A stretch of 64,000 nt of DNA from a virus (taxonomy: Duplodnaviria; Caudoviricetes). This document shows, piece by piece, positions 9,542 to 20,583 of the stretch. How positions within the stretch are numbered: position 1 is the first letter of the stretch; each line of letters starts with the position of its first letter. The stretch covers positions 1 to 64,000 of IMG/VR virus record IMGVR_UViG_2775506840_000002; one strand, given 5' to 3'. Under the pieces are notes generated by a model. It ran no database searches. It was not told the DNA's origin and was given only the letters and a program-made list of their open reading frames with translations. The translations under genes and the position numbers were made by a program.

Positions 9542-10432
9542 TCACCATCCTGGAATCGTTCTTAACTTAAGTGAAGTCAAATTAGAACTTATGTTTTGAG
9601 TACATTGAAATACATAGTATTTATTATCTGCCAATCCAAATCCATTTAAATCCACCGTGCATCCTGCTGCAATACCAGGATTAAATTTGATATCAAACTC
9701 CATAATACTCTCGTACTTATTCACTGATCTTAGGCCATTCTTTGCAAATCTCTCTGATTCACCAATGCTATTTGTTTCAATATCTAAGTTTATTATAGGT
9801 CCTATTGTATCTTCACACAGATAAATATAATCACCTATTCTCGCTCCACTATATGTTTTTGTTAACCCATCATAAAATCTAAATTCACCAATAACATCAC
9901 TCATATGAATTTCAATAGGATGTTGAGCTTCCATAAATTTTTCATCATATACCACTAATGAGTTATTAGTAATCTTCATCACATAACCTTCAATCATGCA
10001 TCTTTTACTTATGAATACAAAATCAGACTCCTCAACTTGTGTTAACCTATGGTATCTATAATTATTTATGTTATAAGTTTTAAGCTTTAGTGCATTTTTA
10101 TTAGCAAATTCATTTAGTAGCTCCATTAAAGTGACGTTCTCCCATGACTTTGTGTGCTTTTCTTTAGCCTTAGTCTTAACAGGCAAACAAATCATCTTAA
10201 TACATCCACTTAATTGTTGCATACCATTGATATACATTTGTCCAGATGAGAAACCTTCATGCTTAATTAGCACCATCTGGTTCTTTTCAGGCTTCCATGA
10301 ACTCCACTGATTCTCATGATTATTAAATATTATTTCAACTGAATCAAACTTTTCACCTGATAAGTCATGTATTTTACATGTTTGAATATCTACTTCCGAT
10401 GCTATGTCTTTTCCTTCATATATAAGTTGCAT
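9542..10432 (-). CDS. Late control D / baseplate hub protein
   Basis: MQLIYEGKDI and QVEESDFVFI motifs. Confidence 0.85.
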   Translation of the reverse strand: MQLIYEGKDIASEVDIQTCKIHDLSGEKFDSVEIIFNNHENQWSSWKPEKNQMVLIKHEGFSSGQMYINGMQQLSGCIKMICLPVKTKAKEKHTKSWENVTLMELLNEFANKNALKLKTYNINNYRYHRLTQVEESDFVFISKRCMIEGYVMKITNNSLVVYDEKFMEAQHPIEIHMSDVIGEFRFYDGLTKTYSGARIGDYIYLCEDTIGPIINLDIETNSIGESERFAKNGLRSVNKYESIMEFDIKFNPGIAAGCTVDLNGFGLADNKYYVFQCTQNISSNLTSLKLRTIPGW

Positions 10433-10436
10433 ATTT

Positions 10437-10646
10437 TCACCTCTTCCAAGGAGGGAGTGTTTCTGGAATATCCTCTTCAACAACTGGAACCTTAAGTACT
10501 ACTCCCGCTTTAAAAGTGATTATCTTAGCGTATGAAGGGTTAGCTTGAATAATTAGATGTGATTTAAATTCATCATTGTACATATCCAAAGCAATAATAT
10601 CAAAAGTATCACCATCAACTGTAGTGTACTCAATATAATTATCCAA
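10437..10646 (-). CDS. Tail protein X (LysM-like)
   Basis: YTTVDGDTFDIIA..LIIQANP..LPPWKR. Confidence 0.9.
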   Translation of the reverse strand: MDNYIEYTTVDGDTFDIIALDMYNDEFKSHLIIQANPSYAKIITFKAGVVLKVPVVEEDIPETLPPWKR

Positions 10647-12498
10647 AACTTACAACCTCCTCTTCATACTCTAATTCTTGTAATGCCTGTTTCACTGCTT
10701 CTTTAATATCTAATATAGATTGCTTACTTGTATCACCTGTAACATTAATAACGATATTTGCAACCTTCTGTGCCACTTTTTCAGTAACCGATTTATTCAC
10801 ACCTAAAAATTCTGCTGTTTGATTTAATAAATGAATAGATCTTGGTGTACGTTTTAAAGGTATTGCCATTTCTGGACCTGCTTCACCAAATATAGATGCT
10901 TGTGTTGCAATCCCTCCCATTGCAAATGTAGGAATTGTAGGGATATTAAATCCTAATGTCTTTCCACCCAAGCCTGGTACCCAATCTGGTACGCTAATTT
11001 GTATTTTATTAATACCTTCTGGAATCCTATTAATTCCACCTATAATAAAGTTTACAAATCCTTTAAAGCTTTCCTTTACACCCTCCCATAATCCACCAAA
11101 CCATTCACCTATTCCCCCAAATGCAGACTTCATTCCTTCCCATAGCTCAAACGCTTTGACCTTAACTGTATCCCAGTTTTTCCATAATGCTACACCTACA
11201 GCTATCAGCGCCGCTATACCTAGAACAACCAAACCTATTGGAGATGTGACGAATGCTAATACTGCTCCAAAAGCTCCCATTATCCCTGTACCTATAGCCA
11301 TAATCCCGTTAAGTGCACCTTGAGCTGCTGTCATTGCCCATGTTCCTGCTGTACTTATGCCTTTTACAACAGCATCTTTTGAATATAAAGCCATTAGATA
11401 TAATGTTTCTGCTTTATCCTTTATCTTAGCAAGGGTTAGTAATTTAGTAAAAGATGTAAGTTTTCCTACCCATGCAACAGTTTCTGAAATACTCCTAACA
11501 ATATTTATAGCTTTTATAGATGTCATTACACCAGCTAAAGTTAGTCCTGTTGGTATAATCCAATCTATATTATCTTTCATCCAACCAACAGCATCTCCCG
11601 CTAATCTAAATCCATTTTCTATATTCAATATGACCATGTCTATATCAATTTGCTCTACGAAAGCATTAGCTTTAGCTGTTAAATCTGTCAATAGTGGTAT
11701 GAATTTTGCTAATACAGCACTAGCCTTATCCATGATGTTATTCTTAAGAAGTCTTTTCTGATTCTCCCAAGATGTATCTAACGTTCTAGCAAAGTCTCCT
11801 TGAGCATCTGTAGACATTTCTAATAAATAGTTGTATCTCAATAGCGTTTGCTCTGCTTGTGTCATATCTTTATATGACTTCTTAATGCCTTCTCCTAAAG
11901 CGTATGCCTCTAGATTTGCTACGCTCATATTAATACCTAGTTGTTTGAGTGGTTCAGTCTCCCCTGACATACCAGCTCTAACCTTATTCCAAGCATCCTC
12001 ATGAGATAGGTTGTAGAATGATGAAAAATCCCCAGCCAATTCAGCTAATGTTTTAGACATTATGAGCATATCATCAGCAGCTATACCACTACTCTTAAGC
12101 ATTGCTCCCATACTCCCAGACCATTGTTTAGCCTGTAACTCTGTAATACCAAAAGCCTTTAATGTAGTCTTTGACCAAGCATCAATTTGAATAGCACTTG
12201 ATGAGAATGTAGTATCTACAACGTTTTGCACTTCAATAAGGCTACTTGCAGTTTCTAAAGCTTGTGTTCCTAATTGTTTAACATAGTTCGTTACGGTCCT
12301 TATACCATCATAGACCATGTTACCTATCACAGAACCCTTAATGATATCCCCAAGTCTACTCGCATGCTTTGATGATTCTTGCATACTCTCTCCAAGGTCT
12401 TTAGTTCCTTTAGTTGCTTTAGATAATGCATTTTGCAAACTAGGATCTACTTTACCAGCTAAAGTAATTAATGCCTGTAATTCTTTTTTACTTGCCAC
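10639..12498 (-). CDS. Tail tape measure protein
   Basis: Ala/Gly-rich helical protein with SGETEPLKQLGI, Trp repeats and GEAGPE motif. Confidence 0.9.
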   Translation of the reverse strand: MASKKELQALITLAGKVDPSLQNALSKATKGTKDLGESMQESSKHASRLGDIIKGSVIGNMVYDGIRTVTNYVKQLGTQALETASSLIEVQNVVDTTFSSSAIQIDAWSKTTLKAFGITELQAKQWSGSMGAMLKSSGIAADDMLIMSKTLAELAGDFSSFYNLSHEDAWNKVRAGMSGETEPLKQLGINMSVANLEAYALGEGIKKSYKDMTQAEQTLLRYNYLLEMSTDAQGDFARTLDTSWENQKRLLKNNIMDKASAVLAKFIPLLTDLTAKANAFVEQIDIDMVILNIENGFRLAGDAVGWMKDNIDWIIPTGLTLAGVMTSIKAINIVRSISETVAWVGKLTSFTKLLTLAKIKDKAETLYLMALYSKDAVVKGISTAGTWAMTAAQGALNGIMAIGTGIMGAFGAVLAFVTSPIGLVVLGIAALIAVGVALWKNWDTVKVKAFELWEGMKSAFGGIGEWFGGLWEGVKESFKGFVNFIIGGINRIPEGINKIQISVPDWVPGLGGKTLGFNIPTIPTFAMGGIATQASIFGEAGPEMAIPLKRTPRSIHLLNQTAEFLGVNKSVTEKVAQKVANIVINVTGDTSKQSILDIKEAVKQALQELEYEEEVVSFG

Positions 12499-12651
12499 TC
12501 TCTCCCTCCTTCCTCATAGCTTGTGATTCCTCTACTAGATATCTATAAAACTCAACAAAATCTATAAGAGTCATATTGTAGCAATGTTCTGCAGAAGTAG
12601 ATGTATTAAGCGTTACCCTAGCTATTTGCCTATGAAGAATCTCATCTCCAA

Positions 12652-12987
12652 TTATTCCTCCAAATTCACGTAGAAAAAACTCCTTGCCAGCTTAGCGCCT
12701 TTTTGAATATCCTTTGCACTTAATCTAAATACATCTGACATATCCATCTCTGGATTTGCTTTTACAACAGCACCTGCAAATAAGTACATGTGATAATCTG
12801 TATCTAGTTCTTCAACAGATATCGGGATACCATCTGATTTAATACGTTTACCTACATTTAACTTGTCTCTAGCAGTCATACTTTCAAAGTCGTAAATTAA
12901 CTCTTTTACTTCTTTCCCATCAATAAAGATTGGTTTCGTAAGTGTTAACACGTTTGTTTTTAATGCTTCTACCATTTTTTCATTCAT
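12652..12987 (-). CDS. Tail assembly chaperone; predicted -1 frameshift at T TTT TTC (12673-12679) extends it to 12488
   Basis: Between tube and tape measure genes; -1 frame open for about 60 codons after the slippery heptamer. Confidence 0.8.
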   Translation of the reverse strand: MNEKMVEALKTNVLTLTKPIFIDGKEVKELIYDFESMTARDKLNVGKRIKSDGIPISVEELDTDYHMYLFAGAVVKANPEMDMSDVFRLSAKDIQKGAKLARSFFYVNLEE

Positions 12988-13020
12988 CTCATTTCCTCCT
13001 AAAATAAATTGAGCCACTCA

Positions 13021-13533
13021 TTATAGAGCGGCTCTGATTTTTTCCATGTAATCTATTCCATTAATTTTGTATATGCTGTTAAGCTTATCAATAAGCAATA
13101 CTTCTTTGCCATTGATTACTTGTCTGTATCTCAATACTTCAAACTCAATACTACCATCCATAGTAGCACCATTTTCTATTTTACCTGGATCATATTTTTT
13201 ATTAACTCCAGAAATGAATATCTTAGTTCCCTCTGGAATCATACTACCATCTGCTTGCATAATATCTCGGATAAATCTTAATTCAAGATTTTGCACTCCT
13301 GGCTTTGCAAGTTCAGAAGCACCACTGTTAATTGAACGTGATGAAATAGAAAATACCATACTATTTACTTGACCTGTCATTGGCATATCAATAGGTCCCA
13401 TAATACCTGCACCTTTGATTTCTTGAGTTGGTTTTTCAATTGATGGCAGTTGGCATGATACTTGATCATCAATCTCTACATTATTTGATAGTAACTTATG
13501 TGCTATAATACTACCACTAATTACTTTTGACAT
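13021..13533 (-). CDS. Major tail tube protein (P2 FII-like)
   Basis: GAGIMGPIDMP and IDKLNSIYKINGID motifs. Confidence 0.9.
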   Translation of the reverse strand: MSKVISGSIIAHKLLSNNVEIDDQVSCQLPSIEKPTQEIKGAGIMGPIDMPMTGQVNSMVFSISSRSINSGASELAKPGVQNLELRFIRDIMQADGSMIPEGTKIFISGVNKKYDPGKIENGATMDGSIEFEVLRYRQVINGKEVLLIDKLNSIYKINGIDYMEKIRAAL

Positions 13534-14978
13534 TACTCATCACCTCCAAATAATACATCAATACCTTCTACTGTGTAACAAATCTTAGCTGTTAAGCTTT
13601 TCCCTGGTGGTGTGGTGGTTGTTGCTATATCAAATACAAAGTCACCTTCTACAACATCTGATGTAGGATTGCTTGTCTCTTCAAATACAATTTCTCCTAA
13701 AAGTATTTTCCCTTGCGCAATAAGATTATCTAACCATTCTTGCATATCATTTAAGATTGTATCTTTAAGCGCACGATTCATAGGCTTATCCACTTGAATA
13801 CCATATCGACTCTGGAAAGTATTCGCTATGTACTGTAGCATACGAACGCTACAATCAAATACATTCTTCTTATCAATATCTTTTCCATATTCGTACTCTC
13901 CAGTATGCCCACCCCAAAGTACCCATCTTCCACCCCAGTATGAAAGTGTTCTAATACCTTTATAATTAAGGTCATTTGCTTGTACTTGATCAAATATAAT
14001 AGGTTTTCCATCTGCAAGGCACATACCAACTACATCAACTGGCTTATTTGATGGTGTTTCATATGGTACTCCACCATTCTCATAATCCACCCATTGCATA
14101 GTTACTGTCGCTAATGTAGATAGATGATATTTTTTTGTGCCTTTATAAGCCATAGGCCAGCAAGGACTTTCATTACTACTCACATAGCTTTTTTCAACTT
14201 TAGCTTGCTTAGCATGTTTAATTGTTTTTACAGATGTACTTTCAATATCGCTATTAACAAAAGCATACCAATGGTTATTAATCTTTTGGCTTGCTGCTTT
14301 AAGTGCTGTGTCTACAGTTTCTTTCTCACTCCATCCTGGTGCACAAAATAGAGTAGGAACCATATTGTGAGTTAAATATACGTAATCAACTACGCTAATA
14401 CCTGTTTTAATCCCTGTTTCTGCATCGGTTCCACCTATCAATTCTGATTCAGTAACTAATGCTAAGTCAACTTCCTTAAATGATACCTCTACAGGAGTTA
14501 AAATAGTTCCTTTGATGTCCTTAATTTCTATCCTATTTCCATCACTAGTGTATTTTACATCATAATCTACCCCTAATTGTTTATCAGCTATACTAATGCT
14601 ATCAAGAATCACTTTATTATTCTCTATATAGCCTGTCTTATTTAACAGCGATACTGTAACTGTTTTATTTTCTGTAGCATGTTTTGAAGGATCTAATACA
14701 TTGATTAATACAATAGGCCCTATAGGCTTAATATTATTTCTGAAATGTGCATCAATAGCTTCACACAGTGTAAAACTGCTCCATTCATCATTATATCCAG
14801 CTTGAACCTCTGCAGCACTAAAACTAGAGACTAAGATAGGTGTATTAACTTTATCTGAGTACTCTCTAAATTGATGTACTGGTAGCGTACCGAAATAAAC
14901 AGGTAACGTACCTAATGCCTTTGGTGGAATATAATCCTTTGTAGCCATAATCTCAGCAAATGCTCCATGTTTGTACAT
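13533..14978 (-). CDS. Tail sheath protein
   Basis: YKHG N-terminus, INVLDP, APGWS and SNKP motifs. Confidence 0.9.
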   Translation of the reverse strand: MYKHGAFAEIMATKDYIPPKALGTLPVYFGTLPVHQFREYSDKVNTPILVSSFSAAEVQAGYNDEWSSFTLCEAIDAHFRNNIKPIGPIVLINVLDPSKHATENKTVTVSLLNKTGYIENNKVILDSISIADKQLGVDYDVKYTSDGNRIEIKDIKGTILTPVEVSFKEVDLALVTESELIGGTDAETGIKTGISVVDYVYLTHNMVPTLFCAPGWSEKETVDTALKAASQKINNHWYAFVNSDIESTSVKTIKHAKQAKVEKSYVSSNESPCWPMAYKGTKKYHLSTLATVTMQWVDYENGGVPYETPSNKPVDVVGMCLADGKPIIFDQVQANDLNYKGIRTLSYWGGRWVLWGGHTGEYEYGKDIDKKNVFDCSVRMLQYIANTFQSRYGIQVDKPMNRALKDTILNDMQEWLDNLIAQGKILLGEIVFEETSNPTSDVVEGDFVFDIATTTTPPGKSLTAKICYTVEGIDVLFGGDE

Positions 14979-14992
14979 TACATCACCCTTTC

Positions 14993-15514
14993 CTAACTAT
15001 TTAGTAATTTTTCTATATTGACTTTAGGATAAGCTTTACCAGAAATTCCAAACGTCATATAACCATACCAATATGGATATGGTTGGTCCTGATACATATC
15101 CCAAGATATTTCTTCTCCAATACAAAGTGTATTATTAATAATCTTTTCTTTAACAAGTTGTGATTTTGTTAAATCTATAAGATTTAATAAGTCAACATAC
15201 CCATTAAAATTAGGTGTATATTCTCCTTGTTCCTTATGCTCTCCTGGAGAATACACTGCAAACGATATTTTTATTTTAAACTCGTTTATACTTCCATCAT
15301 CTGAGCCACCATCCATTCCTACTATCAAGCATGGTACATCACCAATATTATCTGGCAACATACCATTAGGAGGTAGCCAGCCTGTGAATACGCTAGGACT
15401 AACTAGTTCGTAAGCAAATATATCATTGTCAGATGCCTTTTGAAGCTTTATCTGTTTTGATACATTTTCTTCAAGGAACGATTTAATCTCGTTTAACACA
15501 TATACACTATTCAA
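14993..15514 (-). CDS. Tail terminator-like protein
   Basis: QPYPYWYG motif; synteny. Confidence 0.6.
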   Translation of the reverse strand: MNSVYVLNEIKSFLEENVSKQIKLQKASDNDIFAYELVSPSVFTGWLPPNGMLPDNIGDVPCLIVGMDGGSDDGSINEFKIKISFAVYSPGEHKEQGEYTPNFNGYVDLLNLIDLTKSQLVKEKIINNTLCIGEEISWDMYQDQPYPYWYGYMTFGISGKAYPKVNIEKLLNS

Positions 15515-16183
15515 CTAATTCGCTCCCTTCACCTTTGATTGTATTTTTTCTAATGCCCTTTGGGTTTCATGCTCTAACCTCTGCTCAAATTTTTCTAAGG
15601 CAAAGTCTTGTATTCTCTTTTCCATTCCTTCTGAGGTAATCATTTGAGGTATAGAAAGTGTTCTAATAGGAGCAATCATTTCACGCTTATATCCTTTTTC
15701 AGCATATCTACCTCTTGTAGATTTCTTAAATACACCTATTCTCCTAAATACATTAAATTGAACCTTATCTTCACCTTTTGCGCCAGTCGTAGCTGTAAAA
15801 CCAACTTTAGAAGGTACTTTAGGGCTATTTTTTTTAATAGTAACCTTAACAACTGCACGTTTACCCTTTCTAATTGCTGTCTTAGGAGTAAAAGGAAAAT
15901 GTGCAAAGCTTAAAAGCTTCCCTTTTGATGTTAGAGAAGCTTTTAAATTTGATTTAGTTGGATAATTAACTCCACCAATAAATGATTTTTTTATCTCTTT
16001 CTGCTTAATAGCATATTCTTTAGGAACTATCCTACCTATTTCAGTTTTTGTCTGATCTAGGCTTCTTTTAAGTGCATGATAAATAGCAGTTTGAGTTTGT
16101 TTAGGAAATGATTTAAGTTCTAAACTAAGTAAGTCTATTTCTTTTGTATCAATCCAAACACTCCCTTTACCCATATTAACCAC
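15515..16183 (-). CDS. Minor tail protein Z-like
   Basis: Basic protein with SIPQM motif; synteny. Confidence 0.7.
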   Translation of the reverse strand: MVNMGKGSVWIDTKEIDLLSLELKSFPKQTQTAIYHALKRSLDQTKTEIGRIVPKEYAIKQKEIKKSFIGGVNYPTKSNLKASLTSKGKLLSFAHFPFTPKTAIRKGKRAVVKVTIKKNSPKVPSKVGFTATTGAKGEDKVQFNVFRRIGVFKKSTRGRYAEKGYKREMIAPIRTLSIPQMITSEGMEKRIQDFALEKFEQRLEHETQRALEKIQSKVKGAN

Positions 16184-16496
16184 CTACTAGGTTTTGATTT
16201 AGAATCACTTCATAGACTCCGTTATCTTCTCTTAACGAAAATACATACATTTGCTTTTCATCAAAAATAACTGGTCCATCTTGCTTAAGTTTTGCACTTA
16301 ACCTTGATTTTGGCACAAAAAATAACAGCTCACCAACATATAAGCCGTCATACTCTTTTTTAGATCTCTCTTCAAGTCTATCATTATCTACTACAATACT
16401 TATTTTCTGTCCGTTAATAATGTGCTCTTCTGTAAATTCATCTATATTGAAAAATGTTTGTTCTAAATCTTTATTTATTTGTTCTTTGAATCCCAT
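16176..16496 (-). CDS. Head-tail joining protein
   Basis: FKEQINKDL..FFNIDEF..H.ING motif. Confidence 0.7.
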   Translation of the reverse strand: MGFKEQINKDLEQTFFNIDEFTEEHIINGQKISIVVDNDRLEERSKKEYDGLYVGELLFFVPKSRLSAKLKQDGPVIFDEKQMYVFSLREDNGVYEVILNQNLVGG

Positions 16497-16510
16497 TTAA
16501 TTTCACCCTC

Positions 16511-17554
16511 TTAGCAAACACCTGTTGCCACTACATATGAATCTACATCGGGCATCCATGGTAACGGTCTTGACGCCAATCTCTCTGTATCAATTTCTTT
16601 TTCATCATCAACAGAGTACTTTGGAACACGTTTTTCCATGTATTTTACCCATTTACCATTTTCCTTTTGTGTAATTGCTCCGTATGTAATATTACCAGAA
16701 CCAGATTGTGCAATAATACAAGTACCTTTTGGCAGTAATTGCTCTGCTACACCATTCGCTTTTACAATATTTGAGTAAGATACTACTTCAATTCCGTATT
16801 TAGTGAATCTACCATATGAAGTTACTCCTCTGCCTTTGTATTGTGCTTCAGCAAAAGAACCTGCTTGTGCTCTTAATTGAATAATTTCCTTTACAAATGA
16901 ATTATTGGCAAATGTTTTCCCAGCATCAGGGTCTAAAAGAATAATGTCAGGCGTTGCTGATGATTTTGTTAAGATATTTTTTTCAATCCATTCTTCAATT
17001 TGTTCAATAGGATTTACTCCTTCTGCTGTCCACTTTTTAGCAGTGGCAACACTAATTTTATTGGTGAATCCAAAATCAACGTTGAATGTCCCAGCTTCTT
17101 TGCCGCTTTCATCATATTCGGTAATGTCAAATGATGATCCTAATAATACCTTTGCGCATAACCATTCTTCTGATAAAGTAATCTCTTGATCCATTTCAAT
17201 TAAGTCTTGCATTAGCATTTCTGCTGCAATTTGATCAGGTGATTTTGTTGTATATGTATTATCCCCTGGTTGTCTCTTCTCTAAGTCTTCTCCAGTCAAT
17301 ACACGTTTAGGTGCTACTCTTGGAGTAGTGATTTCATTTGTTGTATAACCACGTCTAGTTTCAAGTACACCATTAACTCTTGGTGCAACAAACGGCGCTG
17401 CTGATACACCACCTTTGATAATATCAATAAGAGCCTTCTCTGTTTTCGCAAACTTTGGATTGTTAAAGAATGTATCTCTTAAGAAAGTATGTACTGGTGG
17501 TGTTTGTCTTAAAGCTTCTAGCATTGTAGCTGTTTCATAAATATTAATTCCCAT
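16511..17554 (-). CDS. Major capsid protein (lambda gpE family)
   Basis: FLRDTFF, APFVAPR and SRPLP motifs. Confidence 0.92.
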   Translation of the reverse strand: MGINIYETATMLEALRQTPPVHTFLRDTFFNNPKFAKTEKALIDIIKGGVSAAPFVAPRVNGVLETRRGYTTNEITTPRVAPKRVLTGEDLEKRQPGDNTYTTKSPDQIAAEMLMQDLIEMDQEITLSEEWLCAKVLLGSSFDITEYDESGKEAGTFNVDFGFTNKISVATAKKWTAEGVNPIEQIEEWIEKNILTKSSATPDIILLDPDAGKTFANNSFVKEIIQLRAQAGSFAEAQYKGRGVTSYGRFTKYGIEVVSYSNIVKANGVAEQLLPKGTCIIAQSGSGNITYGAITQKENGKWVKYMEKRVPKYSVDDEKEIDTERLASRPLPWMPDVDSYVVATGVC

Positions 17555-17569
17555 TAGTTATTTCCTCCC

Positions 17570-17911
17570 TTATTTTAAAAAGATTCCTAGTTTTTGCAGT
17601 TCTAATTCAAAGGATGTTACTGTAACATCATCACCTACAGTAATTTCACTTGCTTTAAAATCACCACTAATATACATTAAAGCTGTAGTGGTACCAGATG
17701 AGTTTTGAGTTACATCATCACATAAAATCCCTACTGGAACATCCGATGTGGCTGTACACATAGTACCTGTTGCATTAATTAATGTACCCCTTACAAGTAC
17801 ACCTGATCCTGTTGCAATTTCTACCCCCTTTGTATCTATAGGATGCGTGTTCCCTGCAATAAGCTTATCTGGTGTGAATTCACCAACTTTTTGAAATGCT
17901 TTTCTTGACAT
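17570..17911 (-). CDS. Head decoration protein (gpD-like)
   Basis: LVRGTL..GILCDDV..Y.SGDF motif; precedes capsid gene. Confidence 0.8.
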   Translation of the reverse strand: MSRKAFQKVGEFTPDKLIAGNTHPIDTKGVEIATGSGVLVRGTLINATGTMCTATSDVPVGILCDDVTQNSSGTTTALMYISGDFKASEITVGDDVTVTSFELELQKLGIFLK

Positions 17912-18993
17912 TATCTTCTACCTCCCATAATTTTTTGACCTGCCGCAACTAATATGTTTACAGATTCATTTTTATCATCTTTATCACTATTTTGTGGTGC
18001 TGGTTCATTACTAATATTGTTAATACCACTTTCATTAGCATCCTTCATAACATTTTGAAGATGATTTTCACCAATCTTCTTTTGTGCATTAATAATATTA
18101 ATTGCTACTTCACCAGCACTAAGTCCTCTTTCAATGCCATCATCTATAACATCTTCTACGCCCTGCACTGATAAATTTTGAATTGCTTTAATACGTGATC
18201 TTTCATTTGTTACTGCTTCTTTTTGAGCATCTTCTACAATTTGATTATAGATAGATGGATGCTCTTGTTTTAATTTGTCCACCGTCATTATTTCTTCCTC
18301 CTTAGAATTTGTATTTGTATTGTCAATGGTGTTTGTTACACCACTAATACCTAAATTTTTGTTAAGTAATGCTTTCTTCATATTCTCGACACTCCCAAGA
18401 TTGATAAGCTTATCTATAACTTCTTGCTTATTCTCTAAAGAGTTGTAGATCTTTGGTGCTGATACATCATTGTTTATAATTTCATCAATAATACCTACTT
18501 CTAATGCTTGTTCAGCTGTAAACCATGTTGTTTTATCCATCAAAGCAATCATTTCTTCATCTGTTTTTTTATTTCTCATTGTGTATGCTTTTACAATAGT
18601 ATTATCAACCTGCTCTAGAAAACTTGCATTATCACGATGTGATGGAGCATTGCCATGGTTACCATTTGCTGCTCTGTGAATCATTATCTGAGATAATGCA
18701 CTTGCTTGAACTGTATTAGCAGCCATTGCAATAAATGATGCTGCACTCGCTGCAACTCCTACAATCTTTGCCGTTGTTTTCCCTGTATATCCTTTAATAA
18801 GGTTAAATATTTCGTAGCCATCAAATACACTACCACCACCACTATTGATTAAGAAGATTACTTCTCCACCATTAGCTTGATTAAGAGCATTTTCAATCTG
18901 TCTAGGACATGTATAATCCCACTCCATCCAGTCATAAATCCAGGCATAATCATTTGGTATAATGTCACCTTTGATATTAATATTCTTTGGCAT
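17911..18993 (-). CDS. ClpP-like head maturation protease/scaffold
   Basis: INSGGGSVFDG, AASAAS, IMIH and TWFTAEQA motifs. Confidence 0.92.
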   Translation of the reverse strand: MPKNINIKGDIIPNDYAWIYDWMEWDYTCPRQIENALNQANGGEVIFLINSGGGSVFDGYEIFNLIKGYTGKTTAKIVGVAASAASFIAMAANTVQASALSQIMIHRAANGNHGNAPSHRDNASFLEQVDNTIVKAYTMRNKKTDEEMIALMDKTTWFTAEQALEVGIIDEIINNDVSAPKIYNSLENKQEVIDKLINLGSVENMKKALLNKNLGISGVTNTIDNTNTNSKEEEIMTVDKLKQEHPSIYNQIVEDAQKEAVTNERSRIKAIQNLSVQGVEDVIDDGIERGLSAGEVAINIINAQKKIGENHLQNVMKDANESGINNISNEPAPQNSDKDDKNESVNILVAAGQKIMGGRR

Positions 18994-20532
18994 CTATTCA
19001 CTTCCTTTCTCTTTAATTACTGTTACCATACTGAGTTCTTTTCTTGCTTTCTCTTCTCGTATTCGTTGTCTATTATTGTCAAAGAAATCTCCACCATTCA
19101 TCTCAATAGTTTCTTGCTGTCTTGTAGAAAATCCTTGTTCTACTCTTATAGTAGCTGCATTAGCTTCTTTAACTGGATCTAATTGTCCAGGAGAAGGTCC
19201 ACACCAATCACATTCACAGTATACTTTTCTTATAAGTGGGTCTGAAAAGAATCCAGGTGCATAAATGCGACCTTTTGCAACTGCTTCAGTCAGCCATTCC
19301 TCATAAATAGGCTGACAAAAATCATTTGCCAACCATGTTCTACGCATCCTGAACATTTTCCATGCTTCAAGCAACGCACCTCTTGATGCTGAATAATTGT
19401 TAGTGAACTGCTTTAATAGTATTTCTGGTGGTATTTCTAATGCCGCCCCTATTTGTCTTGCCATTGCATTTACAAAACCCTCAAATGCTGTATTGGGCCT
19501 ACCAGGATTAGCAAAACTTGCTTTTTCTCCAGGTGCTAAAGCAACTACTGCCCCACTTCCTAAAGCAATTTCACTTTCTTCCTCTTCGTATGTATTCTCT
19601 TCATTATCCTCTCCCAGTGGTTTTTGATCTGTTGTTTGAGTCTCTATAAATACCGTATACATACCACTAACTACAGCAGCCATAAGTTCTGCATCAGTGT
19701 ATCTACCTAATTGTTTTAGAGTTTCTATAACAGGTGCTAAAAGTGGAACTCCTCTACGTTGTCCAACTCTCTCACTTTCCATACAATGTATAACATTTCT
19801 TCTTCCAGTCTTTTCTCCATATGCACGAACACGCTTTATCTCTCTTCCGTTTGGATTCATAGATGATAACGGATGATAGTTTGCTATATGGTACGCAACA
19901 ATTTCACCATCTGTATCACACTCTACTCCTTGAATGATATTTGACTCATATGTGCTGAATGTTGGATTACATACTCTATCAGCTTCAATAAGTTGTATTC
20001 TTAAATCATAAGGCATTTGTGGCCTAGGCTTATATGGTAATAATGCAAATACATCACCATTCATAATCCATGACAAAAAGGCTAATTGCTGAAGTTCATA
20101 AAAGTTATTTATACGTTCCATATCACATGCTGTAGATTCAGCCCACAAGCTAAATTCTCTCATAGTGTCACGTTCCCACTTCATTGCTTGTTCCTCTGTA
20201 AGTCCAATGAATTCACTATCTATATTTGGTCTTGGTTTTAATCCACTGCCTACAACATTAGTTCTTGTTGTTTTTAGAGCACTTGTTGCTATAGGTGCAC
20301 CACCCATATAACTATCTCGCGAACGCTCTCTTAATGTTGGTAAATGATCTTCTATATCTTCCTTATGGCTTCCTCCACCATGCCTCCATCCTTTGCTTGC
20401 TTTTCTAGTGTGGCTAGCACCATAGTTACCATATCCACTATTAAGTATTTCTAACTTCTTCCTAGCTAATGTTCTATTTAAAGCTGCTTGTGGTGAAAAA
20501 ATGCCTATTGCTTTGTCAATTAATTTCAACAT
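18994..20532 (-). CDS. Portal protein, lambda family
   Basis: LRERSRD, QRRGVPLLAP, NYSASRGALLE and DPVKE motifs. Confidence 0.93.
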   Translation of the reverse strand: MLKLIDKAIGIFSPQAALNRTLARKKLEILNSGYGNYGASHTRKASKGWRHGGGSHKEDIEDHLPTLRERSRDSYMGGAPIATSALKTTRTNVVGSGLKPRPNIDSEFIGLTEEQAMKWERDTMREFSLWAESTACDMERINNFYELQQLAFLSWIMNGDVFALLPYKPRPQMPYDLRIQLIEADRVCNPTFSTYESNIIQGVECDTDGEIVAYHIANYHPLSSMNPNGREIKRVRAYGEKTGRRNVIHCMESERVGQRRGVPLLAPVIETLKQLGRYTDAELMAAVVSGMYTVFIETQTTDQKPLGEDNEENTYEEEESEIALGSGAVVALAPGEKASFANPGRPNTAFEGFVNAMARQIGAALEIPPEILLKQFTNNYSASRGALLEAWKMFRMRRTWLANDFCQPIYEEWLTEAVAKGRIYAPGFFSDPLIRKVYCECDWCGPSPGQLDPVKEANAATIRVEQGFSTRQQETIEMNGGDFFDNNRQRIREEKARKELSMVTVIKEKGSE

Positions 20533-20583
20533 TAATCCCTCCTTTCTTATAAATTTAGGGCTATGTGCAAACCTCACATAGCC

